64,000 bases of DNA from Antedon mediterranea. Its lineage: Eukaryota; Animalia; Echinodermata. Under the pieces are notes generated by a model. That model saw only the letters and a list, made by a program, of their open reading frames with translations. It did not search any database and had not been told where the DNA came from. Every line of letters begins with the position of its first letter. Within the stretch, counting starts at the first letter, position 1. Shown one piece after another: positions 26,876-41,581 of this stretch. The stretch is from NCBI RefSeq assembly GCF_964355755.1, contig NC_092676.1:1183788-1247787 (forward strand), read 5' to 3'. The translations under genes were made by a program, and so were the position numbers.

Positions 26876-26995
26876 AGCTCTGTCTACACTATCAAATATG
26901 GCAGTGACATTCTTAAATATGGTATTGCTATGACATCATCATGTTCATATATGGGCATTTTTTGTCACATAAAGTTTGATAGTGTAGACAGAGCT
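26876..26995. mobile_element. MITE family B copy
   Basis: agctctgtctacactatcaaa / tttgatagtgtagacagagct TIRs. Confidence 0.88.
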
Positions 26996-27052
26996 TAAGA
27001 CAAGAGCTATAATGTGTTGCTGGAAGATGGCTTTTGGTCATAGTGAATTTAA

Positions 27053-27261
27053 AGCCTGGTTCCCACTAGCGACGCAACGTAACGCAACTACGACGTAATG
27101 ACGCAAAGTACTGTATTGCGTAATCACAGGTAGAAACCGACGACGTAAGAAACCCGCGATGTTTGCAGCTCTGTTGCGTCGTCGGTTTCCACTTGTGATT
27201 AGGCAATACAGCACTTTGCGTCAATACGTCGTTACGTGGCGTCGCTAGTGGGAACCACGCT
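27053..27261. mobile_element. MITE with family A termini but a different interior
   Basis: agcctggttcccactagcgacg / cgtcgctagtgggaaccacgct; long internal inverted arms. Confidence 0.85.
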
Positions 27262-27669
27262 TACATCATAATCTCGTAAGGACGTAAACGCAACGCAAGG
27301 ATGTAAGCGCAACACAAGGACGTAACCGCTACAAGTAATTTTACCACTAATGACGGATAATCAATCTTGCCATTGGATAAATTTCTTTATTTTTAAAAGC
27401 GTCGGAAGTTGAATACGATCAGTCGTAACATCGGATATATAGAGTTAACCCACGTATGTATGTTCTCATTTGCGTCCGTTAGCCGAACCACTATATATCG
27501 TGTCTAACCTACTTTCGATGTGACAGCTAGGCATAAAAATCTCGACCAGACAGTTAATTATATTAAATAGACAATCGTCTTTAATTCCCGTAACATCTTC
27601 AACCTGTTTTCAACCATCCATTCTGACACAAAAGTGTTCCAACAATTGTTATGTGTTTGTCGTTTAAAA

Positions 27670-27830
27670 TATAATTGTGGTAAATGTGGTAAATAATTGT
27701 GGTAAATAATTGTGGTAATATGTGGTAATAACTGTGGTAATAATTGTGGTAATAATTGTGGTAAATCATAATTGAAATCATAAAATCATAAAAATCATAA
27801 ATAAAATCATAAATCATAATTGTGGTAAAT
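27670..27830 (+). repeat. Short-unit tandem repeats (aattgtggtaaat)n and (aaatcata)n
   Basis: Direct reading. Confidence 0.85.
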
Positions 27831-28909
27831 GTTGTAGGGAACGTGACGTTTTCATCGTGAGGAGGAAAACAGTCACGTGAGGCAAAAAATGACTACTTTC
27901 AAATAAAAAAGTAGATGAAAAATAAACAAATAAGAAACTCCACAAAAAACCATGAAAAAATGGTTTACTAAAGATTGATATTTATCATACGCTTTAATAT
28001 GAAATCGGATCACGTGATCGTCATCATTTAAAATGGTTCTGCTTAGCTTTAAAAGACGTACATATTTTTCTTCCTTTTGGTAAGGGTGTCCCACATTTAT
28101 TCTCATATGCATAAATATACAGACTAAATAAAATAGTGTTTTACTAACATCTCTTATCTTATTATATTAATTTTCTCTTATAAAAATGTTTATTTTATGC
28201 AAACATTCCTAAAAGTTTCAGACTGTAGAAAAGTCGTGCATAGTTTATCGAAAATCATCGGTTCAAATCAAAACCGTAGTAAAAGTGGTAAAGTCTAAAT
28301 TGTTACTAATAAATGTACGTAGGCGACCAGATTTACATTGCTTTTAAGTTGGAAATAATTTTATCGCGTAAACCGAAAATAAATGGGTGTCATTCGGGAC
28401 CAAATAGACAAATACAGAAATGGGTAACTAATTTAAGATGGTGGTCAAGAAATATGTCAAAGAAGAAGCACTGTGACAATGATGGACAAGTATCGTGTAT
28501 TGTTTAGCGTGGCGTATCTTCTCCATCAATTAACAAAGCAAACACGGGCGTATGCTTACGGCTCGGTTTACATCGCTAATGTACGGCGTAGTCGTGTGCC
28601 AGCACCTGGTTCCGTATACGCTACAGACAATCGAGTGACTCTACATCGATCTTTGCCGCTGGAGCTAAAAAACACCGAAACGTGAGATGTCGTTTGCCAA
28701 ACAATATCTTGTCATGCAATCCGAAAGCCGCAAAAATCACAGATTCTATTATTGTTGTATAGAATTTATATATTTTTTTCCATGTAAATGTGTCTTCAAA
28801 TACCCGATGATTTAACCAAATCCAGTTTTTGAGGATGTAGAAACGAATGATTATCGAAATACTTCTACATTTTATTTAAAATTTTCACGTCGAGAAAATC
28901 ACAAGTAGT

Positions 28910-29020
28910 GGGGCTGTAGCTCGGTGGTTAACATACTTGCCTTCCAATCCCAAGGTTCGGGGTTCAATCCTGACCCAAGCGCCTTGAGCACTCTGGAGTG
29001 GTATGTGCGCTATAAAAATC

Positions 29021-29064
<44 letters not shown>
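28910..29064 (+). mobile_element. Short tRNA-derived SINE with L2/CR1-type tail and (ATT)n
   Basis: A-box tagctcggtgg, B-box ggttcaatcc, then aagcgccttgagcac...gtgcgctataaaa and (tta)n. Confidence 0.82.
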
Positions 29065-30324
29065 GTAACTCACAACTCGTTCAACTCTACTCCTTAAGCC
29101 TCAAATGGTATTAAATAGTTTATCTCATTCTGTAATTGACGAGTCTGTGCTCGTTGTTGGATGAGTATGAAATACAGTAAATAAATGAAAATAAACAAAT
29201 AGGCCTATATGTCTATTTATCATATGTTGCTTTATATGTCATTATTATATTCAATAAAAGAATTAATAAATAAATGATTTAATTAATAAACTGTTTGTTT
29301 CTATTTTATTATTGTGGTGTTCTTATAGCTTTGTATCGTTCGTTCTATTCTGGAAAGGAGCGCTTTTAGACGAGTGCAGCAGCAACACTGTAACTAGGCC
29401 TTATGTGTTCAGGTATTACATGTTGTAAGTGTTTATTTTGATTACTGTTCAATCGATTTAGGCGATAATTGACTAATCTTGTCTAATGTAGGTCTATCAG
29501 CATCCAATTGTGAAGCAAGAACTACTTTTCAACATCTCACATTGACCTTGTTGACCCCTTGCTCTCCTCGATACCATCAGCCTCGTTTCTTATTTAGTGC
29601 ATTTATTTCTCGTAATGCGACTGCGCGTAGTGGGCGTAATTTCCAATATTTTAAGCGGGCGCGCCCTGACGGACGATCGAGACCACACCCTAGGCCAGGT
29701 GTCATATACTTTGGCTGCTGTCGCTGGCCGCAAGAACGCTTTCATAAATTTAACCAAATATTTCTTTTGGCTTATCGCCATTAAAAAAAACATTTACCCA
29801 AGATGAAGTGAAATAACTGCGGTATACAACACAACTATTTGAAACCAAATTTTCGTTTATAGTGAAGGACAAACTTACATTGAACTTACCCAACGAAAAT
29901 TTGGTTTCAAATAATATTGTTGGAAGGAGATGAATTTTTTTCAATTTTAACACAACTATTATTAATGTTGACGCTACTCGTATTATGTGATGTACTATCC
30001 TTCTTACGCAAAGTTCATGAGTAGGATAGCCACGCTATGTTTATGTCCGACGTGGCGTACCATAGTACGGTATCTCGCACGACATTCTCAAACTGAAGTT
30101 TTAATTATGTGATTAATTTGTACTGCCTAACTGTCTAATATCATGTGAAAAAAGGTGAAAATAATAATGTTAGTAATAATCCATTAAGTATTGTTTACAA
30201 CAGATCATTGCTGTTTGGCGAACTTAGCTATAATCCCTTATACATTATATATTATACATAATAAATTAAAAATTATCCGCGCTATTCAATAAGAGCCGTC
30301 AAATTCAGCCAAAAAAAACCAATA

Positions 30325-30482
30325 AGCTTGGTTTCCATTAGGGCGCAACGCAAGGACGTATACGCAACGCAATCGTGTTGACCAATGACAAGCGACAGTT
30401 CAAATAATCCATCGCTTGTGATTGGTCAACTCACTTACGTTACGTTACGTCCTTGCGTTGAGTCTCTAGTGGGAACAAAGCA
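30325..30482. mobile_element. MITE family A copy
   Basis: agcttggtttccattag ... ctagtgggaacaaagc with family core. Confidence 0.85.
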
Positions 30483-31835
30483 TTAGTACATATAGCGATA
30501 CTGTGTCTATAAGCCAAACAACCATTTCAAATTATTCAACTTTGAAATAAAGTTCCATAAAATAAATTTTGTTTGCACACAGAAAACGTAACAAATATGC
30601 CCGCATTTTTCAAAAATAATAACTATATACTTATATATATAGAAAAGATAATGTTATTTTAACAGTCTGTAGTAATACTAATTGCTTTACGTAGGCCTTT
30701 CTACTGAAACTAATTAACTAACGACATTGTAAGTTAGCGGTATTTCATTAAGTACCGGTAGTAATTAAAATATATATGTGCTGGAGATCTCTATCCCTAC
30801 GTTTTACAATTGTATTTTATATTAGTGTGACATATGCTGTATAAGTTTTAATATAAATGTGTAGCTCTTTTTTATTTCAAGTGATTTTAAATGTAACCCT
30901 TGATTATGTTTTTAGACAATTTTAATAACCTATATGAAATCTGTAATTATTGGTATTTATTTTTTAATATATATATAATTTTCTATATTTGCAATATTTA
31001 TATTGTATACATGTCAATGTTATCTGCATGTATTTATATTTATCCAATGTATATATTTTTCTATATTTGCAATATTTTATATCGTAAATACAAATTGTAA
31101 GTAGTAGTTGTACCATGGTGACATCAGGTATGAAGCGTCTCACATACGCACAGAGCCAAAATCGCATCTTGGACTTGCACAGTGTATGGACTCTAACCTT
31201 ACGGTTTTCATTAAATATGTCATTGCATGCTATCATTCTAAATATCTAACTTTCAAACTTCTGCATTCCTCTTTTTTCATTTCATCCTTTTTATCTTGGT
31301 GAAAAGGGAGGATACTACATTTTCCTCCCCTGAGTTTATAGCCTCTCTACTCGAACACAAATAAGATCACAAATAAGATAGTTTAACAAGAAAATTTTAA
31401 TCATGTATTTTACCGCCATTTTTCATTTTTACAATTTAATTAACATCGTATTTAAAATTTTAATGAAAACAAATATGGTTAATACAGAATTCAAGCATCT
31501 TATTATGTAAATATACCTGTATTTTAACTACTTTAAACACTTACTTTTAATTGTCACAAATGTACTTATACGTATATAATATATTCACCAATGAGAATTT
31601 AAATAAACGTGAGATGAAATCACACAAGACAAAAAAAAAAGTACCGGTAGTAAAGTAACAATGCCTGGATTATAAAAACGTTTATTTTTAAACTTTTATT
31701 TTTTTAAACCTAGGATTTTAAGTGATAAAGTAACGTTTGTGAAATTGTTAGATTAAGAGAAATTTAATTTGCTATATGTTTGTGTTTTTATGTTTAAGTA
31801 ATTGTGGTTTTCCTTGTTTATTCTGTTATATTTGT

Positions 31836-31930
31836 TTAGGACCACAATGAAAATAAGTTTGCCGTCTCGGTACTTTTTTGTGTCTTTATCCTATTGATTT
31901 TATATCAGAATAAAGAAATAAAATAAATAG
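31836..31930 (+). mobile_element. Probable LINE 3' end remnant
   Basis: aggaccacaatgaaaataagt...ttgtgtctttatcct...aataaagaaataaaataaa (stem plus A-rich tail). Confidence 0.4.
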
Positions 31931-33914
31931 GCTACAATACAAAAGGTTCACTTTAACTAGTATTTTATGCTTTCCGTATGGTGGACATTTTTTGTTAAAA
32001 CATGTGATTAAGCTAAATTGATTACAAAATTACGTGTTGGTGCACAGTAAGGCCAAATAAATGCTACTTTCACGTCCGAAATTTGAAATTATTTTCCTAC
32101 CGATTTTACTACCAAAATAAATTTTTAAATAGCAAAAAGTACACAAAATAATCCGATTCCAAAATGTGATAACGTGGAACTTTATTTGTTGTCGGCCCCT
32201 TTTTTTTATTTGTTAATCTTAAGTTAATCTTTGAATCTTGGATCTCATGTGCGATCCCAGTATTTGCTTTTCCTAACGCTCCTACTTCTTCTTGTGTATT
32301 AGGCCTATATTTTTCTTTTTGTGAACTTGCTATTGTTTTTAGCTTTCACACCAGTCCCACCATATTTCGCTTATTTTCCCAGTTTTCTGAACTTTCTGCA
32401 TTCTTACTTCTGAGGAAAATCAAAGTATATTGATACAAAGGTCGAGAAACTCAACAGTTATTTTCATAATTAATATAGGCCTACGTGGTGTGTACCGACA
32501 TCAACATTATTGTTATTGAAATTGATTTAGTGAATGAATGATTATTTGTCACATTCCATGATGTTGCACATATTACGTCATGTAAAGGTTAAGGATCTAC
32601 AGTGACGACATGATAAGCGTATCGACCAAGTTCAAACTTAAGATACCATTAAGTATACTCTACCGGTATGTACTTGTACCTACCACTAACTTTACAATTC
32701 ACTTTGGTAGTGACGTATTAGCCTATTGATTTTATCTATTATAGTCTTTGTAACAACTTAAGTACTCGCGTGCCAGAAATTAACAATTAATTATGCCTTT
32801 TGAATTGAACAACAGATAAAAATCACCGTTTTACTCACTGGTATCTCCTTTGATACCGCATGATGTTCCAAACTCGTAAATGCTCGTATATCAGCTTATA
32901 CTAATAAAGCAATATTTTGATTAATAATATGCTGTGTTATTAGTTTAGCTTTTTGCTGGTTCTAAGCTTCGGTTAATACCTACATGAGTATCTTTCAATA
33001 AAGATATCAATTGAAATTAATTCTTCAAAAGGTTAACAAAACTAACATTTCAGATTTTATCGGTCTGTTATTAGAAATCATGAACCGGGAACCTTTAGTA
33101 ACCTCGGTGCAAGAATGCTTTTCTTTTGTTATAAATGATTTTGTTAATAAAAGAATAAGGAAAGACCATTTTTGTACGTGCGATTCATGAAAGTCTATAG
33201 CTAGGCCTAAGATTAGACTCATAGGCCTTATGGTCGAATTAATAGAGAACTAACGGATAAGGGAAGAACTTTTCTGTACGCAAGATTTATAAAAGTATAG
33301 CTTAAAATAGCCGAGACCAAAACAAAAAAAGCCAAAAAAGGTCTCTGTTTCTCTATATATTTATTCATTTATTTTAGGTTCGAATACGTACGTCCATAGT
33401 TACGAAATCAATTGCATTACACTAGAGAACACGTTTAAATATAAATATATAAATATACACACACACACAAAAGACACCGGTATCAGATTATCTCAGGATA
33501 CAAATCACTCTACTTTAAAAAAAAAATGTTTGTACCAATTGTCCCTGTCAATTGTTTGTTTTGAGAATTTGGCACGTGGACTTCTAATGTTTTGCTTATT
33601 GCTGAGTAGACTTGCCCCAAATCTGTATTCACTGTCTGTCTTATTTATTTTTTTTTTATTTCGATTTTTGTCTGAAAATATCCAAACTCAAGTAGTATAC
33701 GTATGAAACGCCATATGTGCAAAAATATTTATTTTCTACTAATATTAAGTCAAAACTCCGTCTTCTGAACTTCCAAATACATATTGGTAATTGATCAGCT
33801 TCTAAAACGATGTGGTACTCCACTACGTTAGTATTGTAATATAATAATCTATTAATTCTATCTCTTAATGATGATCTCAGATAGAGTTACACCAATATCT
33901 TAAAGCGGTTCATT

Positions 33915-34198
33915 AGAGATGAATTATACGTCATCGCGTACTAGTTTATCACCACGCGCACATGCCTTATAATAGATTGTGCACGGAATGACACTGTGCG
34001 TGTAATCTCAACCAATCACATTGGTGTAAAATAAAAATAAATAAATAAAAACCAATCACATTGGTGTGAAAGGAAAATTTAGTGATGAATTATAGGCCTA
34101 CGTCATCGCGTACTATTTTACCACCACGCGCACATTATACCTTATAATAGACGGAATGACACTGTGCGTGTAATCTCAACCAATCAGATCACATTCGT
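33915..34198 (+). repeat. ~170-bp tandem duplication
   Basis: gatgaatta..cgtcatcgcgtacta.ttta.caccacgcgcacat...cggaatgacactgtgcgtgtaatctcaaccaatca x2. Confidence 0.9.
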
Positions 34199-35084
34199 GT
34201 AAGAAGGGGATTTTAACAAGTTGTAGACGGATTAAAGTTACAATTATTTAGTAAATCTCGTACCTAGCTATTTAAGGCGTATAGGCGTTGAACTGTTAAG
34301 ATCCATGTTGTCTAGGGAATGGATGGAAATTAATTTATAAATGTGAAGCCTAATTGCTTTGGGGTGTTTCTGTAGTGATCCTATCGGTCAGCAAACCAAT
34401 GACCCTTGTACAGTGCATTATACGTCATTTAGCTAATGACCAGTGGATTGACCACATAAACGTTAATGAAGAGCTCATCATTATTAGCTTCATCATCATA
34501 TTTCAAAATATTATATATTCATTTATGCATGTGTTATTGTTAATATTGCCGACGATATTAAATCGTTATTATACATAGCCTTGTTATAATTATCATCATT
34601 AATATTATCGTAAGTATACTTTTGTACGTGTAATTGACGATTCTGTTTACTTACGCTATTCATACTTAATCGACGCTGTTAAGCATCTTAATACACGGCC
34701 GCCGGTCGCTATTTTGCCTTCAGTCTGTGGCCACGGATAATTTTGTACATACAACATGGGGTAATAATCCATGTACTGTACCTAATTTAACTGATCTGTA
34801 GACCAAAATTATTTCTCATATGGTTAAACCATGGATCATAAATGACTGTAACTTAATTGGATTAATGGTTAAACAGACCTGTTATTTTCAACTATAGTAA
34901 TAAAACCCATGCTGAACCCTCAATAGGGTTGGCGTTAAAACATTGCAATTCGTTCTAGGGGGGGGGGGGGTCTCTTTGAGAAGGAGTGTCCCTTGAATAG
35001 AGGTGTCTTCTTAATAGTGGTGTCTCGAGGAGAAGTTCTTCACTGGAGTTTTTTATAATGTACTTAACACAAAGGCCTTGATTG

Positions 35085-35390
35085 AATACGACGACTTTCT
35101 GGTGAGTCGCGGATGATGGTGACGACTCCCTGGTGACGACGCGGAGGATGCTATTGACGACGACTCCCTAGTGACGACGCGGAGGATGGTATTGACGACG
35201 ACTCTCTGGCGACGAAGCGGAGGATGGTATTGACTACTTCTTTGTGACGACGCGGCAAATGGTATTGATGACGACTCCCTGGTGACGACGCGGAGGATTA
35301 TATTGACGAAGACTCCCTGGCGACGACGCGGAGGATGCTATTGACCACCCCTTGGCGACAACGCGGAGGATGGTATTGACGACGACGAAA
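35085..35390 (+). repeat. 38-bp GC-rich minisatellite, ~8 copies
   Basis: Unit gacgacgactccctggtgacgacgcggaggatggtatt. Confidence 0.93.
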
Positions 35391-38300
35391 AGATTGGAGA
35401 TAGTGATTAAGATGTTGATGGTAACATAATTATTAATAAACAAATAAATAAACAATAAAGAGTAATTTAAATAACAACAACAAACGTTTAAGCCTAATAA
35501 CAACTTTTAAAGATGATGATGTTTAACAGAAAATAAATTTAATAATTGGCCTATAAAAAGTAAACTTAACACAATAGAAATAGTTATGAAGCCGAGAGAG
35601 TGGTTTGTCAATATATCTGAATTCTAGCAAACCTTAAATAATAATTTATTAAAATGATATTGCTGGTCACTTGACCATGACGAGAATAGGTGTTAAGTAG
35701 CGTTAAGATCACGGACTTTAGTCACCAAGCTAAATCAATACATAATGATGATCACTAAAGGTCATCATTGAAATAAAAATAATATATTACTAACAAATGT
35801 CAACTAATATTTTAGAATACTCCCCTCCTTTGGCACACCATCCCATTAAAGGGACAATTTACCCTGAAAGGAATCAGCAGAGGCAACCACTATTCAGGAG
35901 GACTTTATTACGGGGTCACGTTGTTGGTATCGGAGAGGTTACGGTACTTTAACTAAATAGATATTCCCCTGGTTCTTTTCACAAGAAAGTGTCTCCTAAA
36001 ATAGTAGTGTCCCCTCAATATGGGTGTCCCATAAGGTGTGTGTGTGGCGGGGAGGGGCGGGAGTTATTATTCAAAACTATAAGATATACACTGGTATATT
36101 AATACAACTTTGTTGTTGCTAAAATAACTGACAATAAAAACGTATTTATATCTTACTGCAGAACGCGTATCGGTTTCATTTGCAAGAAATAATTAAGGCA
36201 AGTCGCCGATAAGACTGGATAAATCAAAAAGGAAACAAAACACATCCCATTAGTCCAGTGTATCGTGACTTGATAGAATAGATCAGAGAATACTATACTC
36301 CTGGAAATAATACACGGATCACACCTTTGTGTGTACACACCATTCTTGTCATGCCCTATACGTGTCACCATACAACCAATGGGGAATTACAAGATACAGC
36401 TTATTACAGTATTGTAGATAGAGATTGGTTTTCACACTGTATCGCTGGGTTTACCCCGTCGCTAACATAGGCCTCTACACGTGGGTCTTGACAACCCAGC
36501 TGCTATCAAACATTATTATATAAATTATTTCATATGTATAATCATTATAAAAAAAATATTCTATGAAACATGATATTGTTAGATAGTTGTCTTATTATCT
36601 TCCGATACGGTTGACTGATTTGAACTTGAGTTGTTTTTACGCTTGTGTACTTTGTTGTGGTCTTTGTTTACTTTCTTTTATTTATTGTTCTCTTCTTTGT
36701 TTACATTAAAATTGTTGTTTTTGTTTAAAATCAATCGAATCTAATTGTATACCTAATTTTTGCAATTCACACTTTGTTTTGCTTTTAATTCTATGGGTTC
36801 ATCTTCTCTAAAGAGGACTGTCACTGTTTCAAAAGTGCATAGCTTCTAAATAAATTATTATATTTCCGATGTTTGGTTTTTATTAATTATTATTTGCACT
36901 GTAAAAGTGTAAATAGAAAGAGTTTGGAAAAAGTAGATAAATTTTTAAATGTTGAATTTAACTTGATATACTTTTGTAAACCACTGTATTGTCACACACT
37001 TGCGGTTGGTTTTGGTGGTAGTTGTTTTAGTATTGAACACTCTCGCACAACACATTAATTTTTAAGATTTATTTCGAAATTATGAAAATATGAACTCATA
37101 GAGTGAATTGATTTGTTCATTTTCCACCCGCTTATTTGGTATGAGGGCATCGGCTCTTTTTTAAAGATTACCTAAAATAACAGTCACCGTTAATGGCAGG
37201 TGTATAGCCCCATGTACGTGACGTAAGAGAGCAACCAGATTCCTCAGACTAAATGAACGGGTCCAAATGAACAATGCGAGAGACTTCCGTCGTTTCTTAA
37301 TAATATCGAAGTCGTTCGTTAGACCCAAGTTTAAACATGTTAAAAATGTTTTACTTTTTTGTAAATAATAATATTATTATTAATATTCAGGCAAAAGATA
37401 CATTTTACAAAATATTATACAAATCAACAAATTAAACTAACACGGCGGAAGAAGAAATATAAAATTATAGTTTCATCCTACTAGCTGCCAGGAAAGCACA
37501 AAATCAGCCTAAGCCACTGTCACCAATTAGGTGTGTACCTCCTAAATAACTATAATTAATACTTAGATTAATGTAGGCGTGTTCGGATTGTAACGAATTA
37601 TTTTCACCAACATACAACATATAAATTTATACTCAATATAAACAGGAAAATATGGAGAAACGTCGAAACATTAATCACGACTGTAAATTGTAAAATAAAG
37701 GGATGGATGAGCTTAATTTTTTATATCATCTTTTGCATTAAGTTTGCAATCCCCAGCCCCATTGGATCATCTCCTGGTTGTTAAATAGACATGTTCAGAT
37801 GGTTGTGTTGGACAACAGCAACACATCAAGTTCATCGTATGTTGTTAGCCGACAAGATCGTGTTCAAGAGCCTACCTCTCAACACGATCCTAAGAATACC
37901 ATACTTGTGTCATCCCAACAATTGTTATTAACAAATCTGTGTAAACTAATTGGAATTATGAAGAAACGGAAATTGTAGCAGGAGAAGTCCCGCGTTCACA
38001 AGTGCGATACATGTTGTTTGCTGAAATATTGTATTTACGGAATTATTTTTAGACTTAATTAGCTTTGTTACCGTACGTATCGCTTGTAATCCCATGGGAT
38101 TAACACGCCTCTCTATCTCTCTCTCCTCCGGGAGAAGGTGGACTTGTTAGGGGTAAACTTGATATTATTATTTCATTATGTTTTCTATTATTTTAAACGC
38201 ATGGATCGGAATTGCTCTTCGATCAGGTCTGGTTCAAAAAGTTACCAGAATGTTTGAAAACAAAATCGGTGTTTTATTATAAATTTGTTTTTATTTGTTT

Positions 38301-38489
38301 TTTGTTGTTGTTTTTTGTTTTTGTATTTTTTGGAGGTGGATTATTTCATTTACGGTACGGTAAACTTCAAAATAAAATTCCTAAAGTCTTACTGCAAATT
38401 TCTAAATGTATTTACTTGTTATCACATTTATTGTTTTAATTGACAGGCCTGCATGTTAGGGTATATCACAAAGGGGTTCTCGCTAACCC

Positions 38490-38886
38490 TATTATAATTT
38501 TATTTATTTATGTAAAATTTATTAATTTATACAAAAATACTTCCACCTCCACCACCATTAAGTGTTAAAATACTGTATACCAGTAATGCTTATAAAATTG
38601 AATATAGAAAACATATTTATAAGTGTACCATTTAGTGAATTTGTAATTTATTTAAATTCAGTGCATGCGCAAACAGAAATAAAAGGAGTCGTATATTATG
38701 TATTCAATTTATGATAATTTATTATTACAAAATACATAAAGATGGTAGTTAGAGGAGTTAGGAAGGAGGCACGCGATCATGTATCAATTAAACAATAGGT
38801 ATATAATTAGGATATGCTAATAGAATGATAAGGAAGGGGGAACCTGTAGTGGCATGCGACAACTATCTTAATAATGTGTTAATTGC
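38490..38886 (+). repeat. ~400-bp direct duplication, copy 1
   Basis: Near identical to 43357-43762. Confidence 0.95.
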
Positions 38887-39499
38887 TTCGTAGTACAATG
38901 AGGATACACAAATAATTAAGAACACAAAGCATAGTGAAGATGTTAAAGGATGTTAGTTTAGGATGGAGCCACGCGAATGGACAAACTGGCATTGTATTGT
39001 AAAGAGAATTGTTCGTTAATGTTAAACAAATAAAAGATGGTTGAGTGGTTACACAATAACTATTAAGTCAAACAAACGATAAAGAATATACACAGTAAGA
39101 CTTCATTGGTCACCCTTATGGATAACATGTTGATGTATTGTTAAACACCATTTTATCCTCACATTAACTTCAACTAGGGTATTAATATTACTTTATTTTT
39201 AATATTTATAATTTCATCTTTTTTTTTTTGTGTAACTTTATTTTGAATGCAATCCTTTTAGTCAAACCCCTGGACGATTCTCCATAGGTAAATGTTGTAG
39301 TTTGCACAGAATTACCAGTAGTCACATTGTCAAATATAGTATGACCTAAACTTTAACATAACTGCCATGAAATAACAATTCATATATCATTACAAAAGGT
39401 GAAGAAAGTTTCAAATAAGATGTTTTACGTAGGCCTGTAAATAATACGATTTGAATGCACGTCCAGTTTTTTGTAAGAAACTTAATTCGTACTGTATCT

Positions 39500-41470
39500 T
39501 TTTGGGCGTACTTATTGTATCTTTTTGTACGTACTTAATTGTATCTCTTTAGTACGTAGGCCTACTTAAATCTTATCTTGTGTACGTATTTATATTGTAT
39601 CTTTTTGTACTTACTTAAATTGTATCTTTTTGTACTTACTTAAATTGTATCTTTTTGTACTTACTTAAATTGTATCTTTTTGTACTTACTTAAATTGTAC
39701 CTTTTTGTACTTACTTAAATTGTATCTTTTTGTACTTACTTATATCTTATCTTGTGTACTTACTTAAATCTTATCTTGTGTACTTACTTAAATTGTATCT
39801 TATTGTACTTACTTAAATTGTATCTTTTTGTACTTACTTATATCTTATCTTGTGTACTTACTTAAATTGTATCTTTTTGTACTTACTTAAATTGTACTTT
39901 TGTGTACTTACTTAAATTGTATCTTTTTGTACTTACTTAAATTGTATCTTTTTGTACTTACTTAAATTGTATCTTTTTGTACTTACTTAAATTGTACTTT
40001 TTTGTACTTACTTAAATTGTATCTTTTTGTACTTACTTAAATTGTATCTTTTTGTACTTACTTAAATTATATCTTTTTGTACTTACTTAAATTGTATCTT
40101 TTTGTACTTACTTAAATTGTATCTTTTTGTACTTACTTAAATTGTATCTTTTTGTACTTACTTAAATTGTACTTTTTTGTACTTACTTAAATTGTATCTT
40201 TTTGTACTTACTTATATCTTATCTTGTGTACTTACTTAAATTGTATCTTTTTGTACTTACTTAAATTGTACTTTTTTGTACTTACTTAAATTGTACTTTT
40301 TTGTACTTACTTAAATTGTACTTTTTTGTACTTACTTAAATTGTACTTTTTTGTACTTACTTAAATTGTACTTTTTTGTACTTACTTAAATTGTATCTTT
40401 TTGTACTTACTTAAATTGTATCTTTTTGTACTTCCTTAAATTGTATCTTTTTGTACTTACTTAAATTGTATCTTTTTGTACTTCCTTAAATTGTATCTTT
40501 TTGTACTTACTTAAATTGTACCTTTTTGTACTTACTTAAATTGTATCTTTTTGTACTTACTTATATCTTATCTTGTGTACTTACTTAAATCTTATCTTGT
40601 GTACTTACTTAAATTGTATCTTATTGTACTTACTTAAATTGTATCTTTTTGTACTTACTTATATCTTATCTTGTGTACTTACTTAAATTGTATCTTTTTG
40701 TACTTACTTAAATTGTACTTTTGTGTACTTACTTAAATTGTATCTTTTTGTACTTACTTAAATTGTATCTTTTTGTACTTACTTAAATTGTATCTTTTTG
40801 TACTTACTTAAATTGTACTTTTTTGTACTTACTTAAATTGTATCTTTTTGTACTTACTTAAATTGTATCTTTTTGTACTTACTTAAATTGTATCTTTTTG
40901 TACTTACTTAAATTGTATCTTTTTGTACTTACTTAAATTGTATCTTTTTGTACTTACTTAAATTGTATCTTTTTGTACTTACTTAAATTGTACTTTTTTG
41001 TACTTACTTAAATTGTATCTTTTTGTACTTACTTATATCTTATCTTGTGTACTTACTTAAATTGTATCTTTTTGTACTTACTTAAATTGTACTTTTTTGT
41101 ACTTACTTAAATTGTACTTTTTTGTACTTACTTAAATTGTACTTTTTTGTACTTACTTAAATTGTACTTTTTTGTACTTACTTAAATTGTACTTTTTTGT
41201 ACTTACTTAAATTGTATCTTTTTGTACTTACTTAAATTGTATCTTTTTGTACTTCCTTAAATTGTATCTTTTTGTACTTACTTAAATTGTATCTTTTTGT
41301 ACTTCCTTAAATTGTATCTTTTTGTACTTACTTAAATTGTATCTTTTTGTACTTACTTAAATTGTATCTTTTTGTACTTACTTAAATTGTATCTTTTTGT
41401 ACTTACTTAAGTTGTATCTTTTTTTACTTACTTAAATTTTATCTTTTTGTTTATATTTAAATTATATCTT
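39500..41470 (+). repeat. 25-bp minisatellite with an 821-bp higher-order duplication
   Basis: Unit tacttacttaaattgtatctttttg; variant units recur 821 bp apart. Confidence 0.97.
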
Positions 41471-41581
41471 GTATTAATTGTAAGGTACTTTCAACGCAAG
41501 CTTTGCTTTTAAAAAAACAGTGCCTTCTTCATTTTAATTTTTATCTTATTTACAATATCGAGTTTGAACAATACCATGAAA

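Noticed and set aside
28910-28980. tRNA gene calls at 24312, 28910, 50714 and 53184
   Set aside because: Only A/B boxes are retained, stems are broken, and each runs into a SINE body or tail.
28473-29806. Overlapping ORFs in CpG-rich patches (28473-28685, 29479-29806)
   Set aside because: No recognisable domain or splice structure; local GC content explains the open frames.
34955-36035. Degenerate gtgtccc...aatagagg patches resembling pogo/Tc1-type MITE remnants
   Set aside because: No paired TIRs or target duplication could be established.
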